Positions 57,187 to 64,000 of a stretch of DNA of 64,000 nt are shown piece after piece. Origin of the DNA: Acidobacteriota bacterium. Its GTDB lineage: Bacteria > Acidobacteriota > Thermoanaerobaculia > Gp7-AA8. The notes under the pieces are model-generated. The model saw nothing but the letters and a program-made list of their open reading frames with translations. It was not told where the DNA came from and made no database searches. Position 1 is the first letter of the stretch, and the number at the start of each line of letters is the position of its first letter. The translations under genes were made by a program, and so were the position numbers. The stretch spans positions 224,001 to 288,000 of the forward strand of contig JAFATB010000022.1 in the NCBI GenBank assembly GCA_019244185.1. Reading direction: 5' to 3'.

Positions 57187-58107
57187 ATGGGAGAGTCGCT
57201 GCCGGTCTCGACGAAGATCATCGCTTCGTTGATTGTGCTGGCCGTCGCGTGGGCGCTCTCGGCGCTCGCGCGCTGGATCGCCGAGCGCCGCGGCTCGGCC
57301 GAGCACGTCCGCCGCAAGTTCTGGATTCACCAGCTCGCGCGCGTGCTGATCACGAGCTTGTGGCTCTTCGCGCTGGCGACGTTGTGGATCACCGGCACCG
57401 CGCGCATGGGGACGATCGCCGCCGTGCTGACGGCAGGGCTCACGGTCGCGCTGCAGCGCGTCATCACCTCGATCGCCGGCTACTTCTCGATCCTGCGCGG
57501 GAGCACGTTCACCGTCGGCGACCGCATTACGATGGGCGGCGTGCGCGGCGACGTTGTCGCGCTGAGCTATCTCCGCACGACCATCATGGAGATGGGGCAG
57601 CCGCCCGCCGTGAAGAGCGACGAGCCGGCGATGTGGATCGAAGGGCGCCAGTACACGGGCCGCATCGTGACCATCACGAACGACAAGGACTTCGACACGC
57701 CGGTCTACAACTACACGCGGGAGTTCCCGTACATCTGGGAAGAGATCCGCATCCCCATCAAGTTCGACGCCGACTGGCGCCGCGTCGAGCGCACGCTTCT
57801 GGAACTCGCGGGCAAACACACGGATCCGATCGTGGCCGAGGCGCGCGCCGCGCTGCCGCGTCTTCTCGCGCGGTTCACGTTGTTCGAGCCGCCGCGCATC
57901 GAGCCGGCGACGTTCGTGCGCATCACCGACAACTGGATCGAGCTGACGGTGCGCTTCATCGCCCGCGACCGCGGCGTGCGCGAGCTCAAAAGCGCGATGA
58001 GCCGCGACATCCTCGGCGCGCTCGCGGAGGCGAACATCGACGTCGCATCGACCACGTTCGCGGTCGTCGGGGTGCCGCCGCTGCAGCTCGAGCACGCGCC
58101 GCGCTGA
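57187..58107 (+). CDS. Small-conductance mechanosensitive channel (MscS family)
   Basis: Three TMs, ALQ..ITSIAG, FTVGDRI..GGVRGDV, TGRIVTITN, NYT. Confidence 0.9.
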   Translation: MGESLPVSTKIIASLIVLAVAWALSALARWIAERRGSAEHVRRKFWIHQLARVLITSLWLFALATLWITGTARMGTIAAVLTAGLTVALQRVITSIAGYFSILRGSTFTVGDRITMGGVRGDVVALSYLRTTIMEMGQPPAVKSDEPAMWIEGRQYTGRIVTITNDKDFDTPVYNYTREFPYIWEEIRIPIKFDADWRRVERTLLELAGKHTDPIVAEARAALPRLLARFTLFEPPRIEPATFVRITDNWIELTVRFIARDRGVRELKSAMSRDILGALAEANIDVASTTFAVVGVPPLQLEHAPR

Positions 58108-58373
58108 CGCATGCACGGAGTCGCGGCACGCACGAGGGATATCACCTCATATCGATCGTGCACGGCGTCGACGTATGCACGGACTCGCGACATGCATGAG
58201 GGATATCACCTCATATCGATCGTGCGTGAAGTCGACGCATGCACAGACTCGCAGCATGCACGCGGGATATCACCCCATATCGATCGCGCGTGAAGTCGAC
58301 GCATGCATGGACTCGCGGCACGCATGAGGGATATCACCGCACATCGATCGTGCGTGCCGTCGACGCATACACG
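58106..58373. repeat. Tandem array of four 64-bp units plus a partial fifth, non-coding and palindrome-rich
   Basis: GGGATATCACC recurs at 58136, 58200, 58264 and 58328; units start 58106, 58170, 58234, 58298, 58362. Confidence 0.95.
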
Positions 58374-58406
58374 CGTGCGGCTCGAACGCGCCCGAATGAC
58401 GCGCGC

Positions 58407-59069
58407 TCAGCCGCCGCAACTGCCGGTGACGATGACGTTGACCGGCGGCACATCGACCGTGCCTCCGCCGCTCGGACCGCCGCCGCCCCCCGCTTCCTTG
58501 CAGACGAGCTGTCCCGCGAGGCCCGGCACCTGAATCGTGTACGTGCCTGCCGCGGGCACGCCGCCCGGCACGCCGCCGATCGGGCCGCCGCCCGCCTGCA
58601 GCGGGATCTCCTGGCCGTTGATGAAGACGTGCACCGGCCAGTCCGCATCCGTCTGCAGGTTGGTGATGAAGCCCGGAATCTCCGCGGCGCTGATCGACGC
58701 CGTCGTGAACGCCGGCGTGTTGCTGCCGGAGAGGCACTGGCCGGTGAAGTGGAGCGATTTCGCCGGCGCGTTCGTGTGCACGACGACGGTCTTCTCGCGA
58801 TGTCCGGCGCCGGGATAGAAGTAGCCGAACGTCGTCGTCTGCTGCACGGTCACGACCTGCGAGCCCTGATCCGGCGCGGGATCGGGGAGCGGGGGACTGA
58901 CCGGCTTGTCGGCGACGAGATGTCCGCCCGCGGCATCGCCCTGCCACGTCACGGTCACGTTCCCCGCGCACGGAAGATCGGCGGGCGTGACGTCGAATTT
59001 CCGGATGAGCGGATCGCAGGCCGCGAGGAAGAGCAGACTGACGGCAGAAGGATGTTGCGCATGCCTCAT
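58407..59069 (-). CDS. Hypothetical lipoprotein, beta-rich with a Gly-rich C-terminal part
   Basis: AGGA RBS; lipobox SLLFLAAC; four further Cys. Confidence 0.7.
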   Translation of the reverse strand: MRHAQHPSAVSLLFLAACDPLIRKFDVTPADLPCAGNVTVTWQGDAAGGHLVADKPVSPPLPDPAPDQGSQVVTVQQTTTFGYFYPGAGHREKTVVVHTNAPAKSLHFTGQCLSGSNTPAFTTASISAAEIPGFITNLQTDADWPVHVFINGQEIPLQAGGGPIGGVPGGVPAAGTYTIQVPGLAGQLVCKEAGGGGGPSGGGTVDVPPVNVIVTGSCGG

Positions 59070-59087
59070 CCTAAGCCGGGCGCGGCG

Positions 59088-59141
59088 CTCACTGGAAGTA
59101 GCCGAAGACGTCGATGACGAGATGCACGCTGCCGCCCCTGA
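59088..59141 (-). repeat. Orphan copy of the last 54 bp of the CTD gene at 60499-60552 (direct repeat, 51/54 identical)
   Basis: Encodes GGSVHLVIDVFGYFQ* versus GGSVHLIIDVFGYFQ*. Confidence 0.9.
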
Positions 59142-59188
59142 GCCGGCGATCGCGGTAGGGAACGGCTTGCAGCCGTCACTCCTTAGTC

Positions 59189-60490
59189 ATGGCATTCCAT
59201 CAGGATTTGACGGGCAGTGCGAAGTATCTTCTCGAGAGTATCCATCCGCAGATCTTCGCCCAGTCACCACACGAGATACTCGCCACGGCCGCCTCGCGGA
59301 TACGCGATCGCGTGCGAGAGTGGTGGGCGCGGCTCGAACCAGAGGCGACGGCAGGAGTGTCTGTCGACATGGCGGAAGAAGGTTTGGTCCGGATTGCCGG
59401 CGGAGCGATCGCGGATTCTCATCATTCGGTCGGACGTACGTGGGCGAAGCAATTGGACTGGAAGGCCCGCATGCTGGATATCTCCGCGGAAGAGGTCATT
59501 GCTGAACGCTTTTTGACCGCCGCGGAACGTTTAGGAGTCCTTGTTTCGCAAGGCAAGAACGTCAAGTTCACGCACGATTGCCTTTTAGAAATTTACTTCG
59601 CCATCGGAATCGCAAAGTCGAAAGTTCTTCCAATGGAACTGCGGCGCGAATCCCGAACCTCTGTCCTCCCACTGCGTACGTCGACGGGGCGATCCGCGCT
59701 GGCGCTGCCTGCTTTGGTACGGCCGGATGATGCTGACGAATGGTTCATTGCGATCGCCAACGAAAACCTGAACATGGGCGCCTGGTTCCTGTACTTCAAT
59801 GAATCCGCGAGAAAGACGCACGGCGAGTGGCTGTGCGCCGAACTTCTCTCGACGTTTGATTGGGACCTCGACGGCGCTACGTACGAAACACTGCACGCTG
59901 CGCTCGTGAGTCTCGGAGAAGTCTCGCTTCCAGCCGCACGGCGGTTCATCGATGCCCGTGCCGGTAGTCTTCCCGCCTATCCGTCCGCAGTCTCTGTCAT
60001 TGCACGGTACGGCGATGAGAGCGATATCCCGCGTCTGCGTGGTCTCAGTCACGAACACTCCCTCGGCTCCTGGGAAATCGAGCGAATGCGCCACCTGATT
60101 CGCGACGCGGAAATCCATGTTTTCGACGAAGCGGCGCGAGCGAGATACGAGCGCGAAAAGGGAGCGGAGGTCGCAAGACAGACCGTTAGCTTCGTCCTGA
60201 AAACGGCCGGGATGATCCTCGCGAAAACAGCTGCACCGCACACGCATTGGAACCACGAGATGAAGCAATGGTCGGCTGGTCAAGCTGTCAAAGGAGCGGG
60301 TAGCCTGATGACGGTCCTGGCAAACACGGAGTTTCTGCAGCAACAGGCCGCACTCCGCGAGCTCCTGGCGCGTTTGCCGGCGCAAATCGAAAAGCGCAAG
60401 ACTCAGGTGGCGGCCACAGCGCCGCAGGTTGTCGCCGGGTGTGGCGCTGCCATCGAGCGCTTGATGAGTCGGGGCACGCATTCGACGTAG
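59189..60490 (+). CDS. Atypical-composition hypothetical protein with a NACHT-type winged-helix motif and HEAT-like helices but no P-loop
   Basis: FLTAAERLGVL...VKFTHDCLLEIYFA; AALVSLGE..LP and VIARYGDESDIPRL; visibly more AT-rich than the flanks. Confidence 0.6.
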   Translation: MAFHQDLTGSAKYLLESIHPQIFAQSPHEILATAASRIRDRVREWWARLEPEATAGVSVDMAEEGLVRIAGGAIADSHHSVGRTWAKQLDWKARMLDISAEEVIAERFLTAAERLGVLVSQGKNVKFTHDCLLEIYFAIGIAKSKVLPMELRRESRTSVLPLRTSTGRSALALPALVRPDDADEWFIAIANENLNMGAWFLYFNESARKTHGEWLCAELLSTFDWDLDGATYETLHAALVSLGEVSLPAARRFIDARAGSLPAYPSAVSVIARYGDESDIPRLRGLSHEHSLGSWEIERMRHLIRDAEIHVFDEAARARYEREKGAEVARQTVSFVLKTAGMILAKTAAPHTHWNHEMKQWSAGQAVKGAGSLMTVLANTEFLQQQAALRELLARLPAQIEKRKTQVAATAPQVVAGCGAAIERLMSRGTHST

Positions 60491-60499
60491 GTGCGTGTC

Positions 60500-62950
60500 T
60501 CACTGGAAGTAGCCGAAGACGTCGATGATCAGATGCACGCTGCCGCCGCTGATCGACGTGTCGACGCTGATGCTGCCGTCGTCGCCGAGGGGCACGACCG
60601 CGTTGTTTGCGCGCGACTTGGCCGCGCGGAAGTTCATCGTGCTCGAGCCGGGACGCGGATATCCGGCCGGGTAGAAGACGAAGAAGCCGGTCGTGCTCGG
60701 CGAGACGGCGGTGACGTTCAGGGCCAGAGCCGATGCGGTCACCGGAATGCCGCAGCGTCCCGTGAGCGCGAACGTGCGCGTGCCGTCCGTCATCGCGGGA
60801 CCTCCGCGCGTGTCGACGAGGCGGCACGGCGTGACGAGATTCAGACTCGTGCCCGTCGTCGCCGTGAAGTCCGCGCGATACGTCGCCGGCGTCGCGGGGG
60901 TGACGATGTCGTGCGTGCGCGCGCCTCCGTCCGACCAGCTACTAAATTCATAGTTGGCGCCGAACACCAGCTGATCGAACGCCGAGATCGAGAACTGCCA
61001 GTGATCCCATGAGGTGAGCTGGATCGCCGTGCGCACGTCCGTGCCGGCGACGCGCAGCGTCGCGCCGGAAGGTTGCGCGTCGAACGTGAGCGTGACTTTG
61101 CGCGGATCGAGCTGGCGCGTGACCGTAGTCGAGAGGCCGCCGGAGTCGGTCGCGGTGAGCCCGATCTCGAGATACGAGTTCGTCGCCGCCAGCAGATCCT
61201 CGGGTGCCGGCGCCGTGAGCGCGACGTTGTTGCCGGTCACGGGTCCGAGGAACGGATGCGTGTGGGCGGCGTGATGCAGGATCACCGTCCAGCTGAGCGC
61301 GGAGTCGGGGAGCGTGCCGTCCTCGGCATCGGTCGCGCTGCCGGTGAGCGTGAAGTTCTGGCCGACGAAGAAGAGCGTGCCCGCGGCGGGCGCCGTGATC
61401 GCCGGCGCCGGCGGCGTGTTGCCCGACGTGATGCGCACGGTCACCGGCGACGAGAACGCGAAGTGGTTGTCGCGCACGCGCAGCGACGCCGTGTACGCGC
61501 CGGCGGCGTAGGTGTGCTGGATCGTGAGCGACGTCGTCGACGTCTCCGGCGTGCCGTCGCCGAAGGTCCAGAAGTACGTCAGCGTGTCGCCCGCGTCGGG
61601 ATCGCTGCTGCCGGTGGCGTTCAGCGTGACGGTCAGCGGCGTGTTGCCGCTCGTCGGCGCGGTCTGGCTCGCGTTCGCAATCGGCGCGTTGTTGCCCGCG
61701 CTGTTGTTGAGCTGGACGCGGCGCACTTCGCCGCCGCCCGCGTAGGTCGTGTAGTAGAGCGCCTGCGTCGCGCCGAACGGGCCGAAGAGCAGATGCACGG
61801 CGCTGCTCCCGCCGAGGGAGGTGGCGAAGGCGGTGGCGTTCGCGGGCGCGTTGCTGTCGATGGTGAACATCGCGCCGCAGTTATAGTCGGCGAAGAGGTA
61901 CTTGTTGTCGTAGCCGGGCCAGATGCCGTTCGGCACGAACGCGCCGCCGGTGATCGATCCGCAGCCGCTGACGCTCGTGCCCGGAACATTGGCCGAATGC
62001 GAGTACTCGAAGATCGGATCGACCAGGTTCGGCGGCGTCGGGCTGCACGGACCGCTGGTGTTGTTGGTGTGCGCGCCTTCGCGGCAGTTCCAGCCGTAGT
62101 CGGCGCCGGCCTGCGCGACGTCGATCTCCTCCCACGCGTTCTGGCCGACGTCGTCGACGAAGATGCGCGTCGACGCGGCGTTCGGATCCATGGTGAAGCG
62201 GAACGGATTGCGGAAGCCCCAGGCGAACGTCTCCTGGCACTTGTTGCCCGCGGTCGTGGAGCCGGTGACGTTGCAGCGCGCGGTGCCGGCGCCCTGGAAC
62301 GGATTCGACGGCGGAATGCCGCCGGTGGACGTGATGCGCAGCAGCTTGCCGAGGAGGATGTTCTGGTCGCGCGAGGCATCGTTCGCGCCGCCGCAGCCGC
62401 CGCCCGCCGCGTAGTCGCAGCCGCCGTCGCCGATCGTGATGTACAGATAGCCGTCCTTGCCGAACTGCAGGTGTCCGGCGTTATGGTTCCCGGCCGTGGA
62501 CGGCATGTTGTCGATCAGCACGAGCTCGGACCCCGCATCGACGGTGTTGCCGCTCATCGTGAAGCGGGCCACGCGGTTGACGCACGTGCCGCCGGAGTTG
62601 ACGGTGCGGAAGAGATACACGAAGCCGTTCGTCGCGAACGACGGATCGACGGCGACGCCGAGGAGGCCGCGCTCGGAGTTCGTGCAGATCGTGCTCGCCG
62701 CGAACGTGATCGCGGGCGTCGCGAGCAGCGCGTTGTTTTGATAGACCCGCAGGCTGCCGGTCTGCTGCGTGATGAGCAGGCGTCCGTCGGGCGTGAACGC
62801 GAGTGCGGTCGGACCGGTGACGGACGTCAGCGAGACATCGGTGAAGCCGGCGGGGACCGTTGCGAAGACGGAGTGCGCGAGCGCGAGGCACACAATCGCC
62901 GACGTACCCAGCACAGCTGCGAATCGCCGCGTGCCGCGAGGAGAGGGCAT
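60500..62950 (-). CDS. Secreted PQQ-dependent sugar dehydrogenase (glucose/sorbosone dehydrogenase family) with PKD/Ig domains and the CTD
   Basis: ERGLLG, NHNAG.L.FG.DG.LY...GD, GKLLRI, WGFRNPFR, DVGQNAWEEI; PKD YFWTFGDG; CTD LVTPCRLVDTR...IDVFGYFQ. Start 62950 preferred over 62980 because of the promoter position. Confidence 0.88.
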   Translation of the reverse strand: MPSPRGTRRFAAVLGTSAIVCLALAHSVFATVPAGFTDVSLTSVTGPTALAFTPDGRLLITQQTGSLRVYQNNALLATPAITFAASTICTNSERGLLGVAVDPSFATNGFVYLFRTVNSGGTCVNRVARFTMSGNTVDAGSELVLIDNMPSTAGNHNAGHLQFGKDGYLYITIGDGGCDYAAGGGCGGANDASRDQNILLGKLLRITSTGGIPPSNPFQGAGTARCNVTGSTTAGNKCQETFAWGFRNPFRFTMDPNAASTRIFVDDVGQNAWEEIDVAQAGADYGWNCREGAHTNNTSGPCSPTPPNLVDPIFEYSHSANVPGTSVSGCGSITGGAFVPNGIWPGYDNKYLFADYNCGAMFTIDSNAPANATAFATSLGGSSAVHLLFGPFGATQALYYTTYAGGGEVRRVQLNNSAGNNAPIANASQTAPTSGNTPLTVTLNATGSSDPDAGDTLTYFWTFGDGTPETSTTSLTIQHTYAAGAYTASLRVRDNHFAFSSPVTVRITSGNTPPAPAITAPAAGTLFFVGQNFTLTGSATDAEDGTLPDSALSWTVILHHAAHTHPFLGPVTGNNVALTAPAPEDLLAATNSYLEIGLTATDSGGLSTTVTRQLDPRKVTLTFDAQPSGATLRVAGTDVRTAIQLTSWDHWQFSISAFDQLVFGANYEFSSWSDGGARTHDIVTPATPATYRADFTATTGTSLNLVTPCRLVDTRGGPAMTDGTRTFALTGRCGIPVTASALALNVTAVSPSTTGFFVFYPAGYPRPGSSTMNFRAAKSRANNAVVPLGDDGSISVDTSISGGSVHLIIDVFGYFQ

Positions 62951-62963
62951 CGTCTCGCCGCGG

Positions 62964-63008
62964 AGCATAGACCGCGCCACGCGCGGCGCACGTGAGCGGG
63001 CTCACGTG
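62964..63008 (-). promoter_or_regulatory. CRP-type box (CACGTGAGC-GG-GCTCACGTG, core 62992-63005) with -10 TATGCT (62969-62964): class II geometry
   Basis: Perfect 9-bp-arm palindrome; centre 29.5 nt from the -10 start on the minus strand; also abuts the ribH TATAAT at 63011. Confidence 0.6.
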
Positions 63009-63027
63009 GTTATAATCCGCGCCCGCA

Positions 63028-63501
63028 ATGCCCCGTTCTTTCGAAGGTGAGCTCCGCGCGGACGGATTGCGCTTCGCCGTGATCGCCAGCCGCTTCAATG
63101 ACGAGATCGTCTCCGGCCTTCTCGATGGCACGCTGGAGTGCCTCGCGCGTCACGGCGCCACGGACGACGCGATCGCGCTCTACCGCGTGCCGGGCGCCTT
63201 CGAGATTCCGACGCTCGCGGCGAAGCTCGTCAGCGACTGCGATGCCGTCATCGCGCTCGGCTGTCTCATTCGCGGCGACACGCCGCACTTCGACTTCATC
63301 TCCGCGCAGGTGACGAACGAGCTCTCGCGCATCTCCGTCGACACGCGCGTGCCGGTGGCGTTCGGCGTGATCACGTGCAACACGTACGAGCAGGCTGTCG
63401 AACGCTCGTCGAAGGGGCGCGGAAACAAAGGGTGGGAAGCGGCGCTCGCGGCCATCGAGATGGCCAGTCTCTGGCGCAAGCTTCGCACGAAGGAGTCGTA
63501 A
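63028..63501 (+). CDS. ribH: 6,7-dimethyl-8-ribityllumazine synthase
   Basis: SRFN, VPGAFEIP, LGCLIRGDTPHFD, PVAFGVIT, NKG.EAA. Confidence 0.96.
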   Translation: MPRSFEGELRADGLRFAVIASRFNDEIVSGLLDGTLECLARHGATDDAIALYRVPGAFEIPTLAAKLVSDCDAVIALGCLIRGDTPHFDFISAQVTNELSRISVDTRVPVAFGVITCNTYEQAVERSSKGRGNKGWEAALAAIEMASLWRKLRTKES

Positions 63502-63945
63502 ATGGGTGCCCGCCGCAAAGCGCGCGAGCTCGCGCTGCAGATGCTCTTTCAGCACGACATGTCGGGCAACCAGCCGGACCAGATCATCGACACGTTCGAA
63601 GAACTGCAGAAGTCGAAGCCGAACACGCGCGAGTTCGCCACGAAGATCTTCCGCGGCACCGTCGATCACGTGAGCGAGATCGACGAGATGATCCAGAACC
63701 AGGCCGAGAACTGGCGCCTCTCGCGCATGGCCGCCGTCGACCGCAACATCATCCGCATGTCGATCTACGAGTTCCTCCACGAGAACGACACGCCGAAGCT
63801 CGTGATCATCGACGAGGCCATCGAGATCGCGAAAAAGTACGGCACGCAGAAGTCGAGTCAGTTCATCAACGGGATATTGGACGGGATACTGAAACGCTAC
63901 AATCTCGCGGGTGAAGACGAACGCAGAACGCAGAACGCAGAATGA
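63502..63945 (+). CDS. nusB: Transcription antitermination factor NusB
   Basis: RRKARELALQMLF, NWRLSRM..VDRNI.R, IDEAIEIAK, FINGILD. Confidence 0.96.
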   Translation: MGARRKARELALQMLFQHDMSGNQPDQIIDTFEELQKSKPNTREFATKIFRGTVDHVSEIDEMIQNQAENWRLSRMAAVDRNIIRMSIYEFLHENDTPKLVIIDEAIEIAKKYGTQKSSQFINGILDGILKRYNLAGEDERRTQNAE

Positions 63946-64000
63946 AGAATTGAGAAACGCTCCCGCGCCTCGTTCTACGTTCTGCATTCTGCATTCTGCA
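63919..64000. repeat. Inverted arrays of 7-bp repeats (GAACGCA/GAATGAA versus TTCTGCA), runs off the window
   Basis: GAACGCA x3, GAATGAA, GAATTGA ... CGTTCTA CGTTCTG CATTCTG CATTCTG. Confidence 0.85.

Noticed and set aside
58106-58373. CRISPR array
   Set aside because: The whole 64-bp unit is repeated, there are no unique spacers, and no cas genes are in the window
1535-63987. Numerous long Arg/Ala-rich alternative-frame and antisense ORFs in the track
   Set aside because: These are shadow ORFs expected in high-GC DNA; they overlap well-supported genes and have no recognisable motifs
1-64000. tRNA, rRNA, IS transposase, integrase or prophage genes
   Set aside because: None recognisable by eye in the ORFs or intergenic regions; tRNAscan-SE/Infernal were not run

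Overview
High-GC bacterial chromosome segment. The gene content and the secreted-protein families suggest Acidobacteriota, Thermoanaerobaculia-like, but this is an inference. Housekeeping genes (tyrS, gatC/gatA, ribH, nusB, a sigma-54 response regulator) flank a ~35 kb surface-glycan locus at 12.1-46.9 kb. The locus holds DegT, RmlA, Gmd, Fcl, epimerases, a UDP-sugar dehydrogenase, AsnB, a Wzx-like flippase, GT4s, methyltransferases, a WecA-like transferase and an O-antigen-ligase-like protein. Inside it lies a cluster of exported proteins that all end in the same ~115-120 aa Cys-paired C-terminal domain (PCRxxD[T/S]R...CG[V/I]P...[I/V]DV[T/F]GY[F/Y][Q/K]-stop), called CTD below. The CTD sits on two metzincin proteases and two NHL-repeat proteins, on a glucose/sorbosone dehydrogenase at 60-63 kb, and occurs once as a stand-alone signal peptide plus domain protein with an oppositely charged loop. 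This is the best candidate for an undescribed surface display or sorting system. Several of these genes are preceded by CRP-type GTGA-N6-TCAC boxes, two at exact class II spacing, and CTD-coding 3' ends show two recombination scars. Other signals: an Rdx-family selenoprotein (CxxU, in-frame TGA plus SECIS-like hairpin) missed by the ORF track, a 64-bp palindrome-rich tandem array, a NACHT-like remnant inserted between 54-bp direct repeats, and many -10 boxes directly upstream of start codons (probable leaderless transcription). All calls come from reading motifs by eye; no database searches were run.
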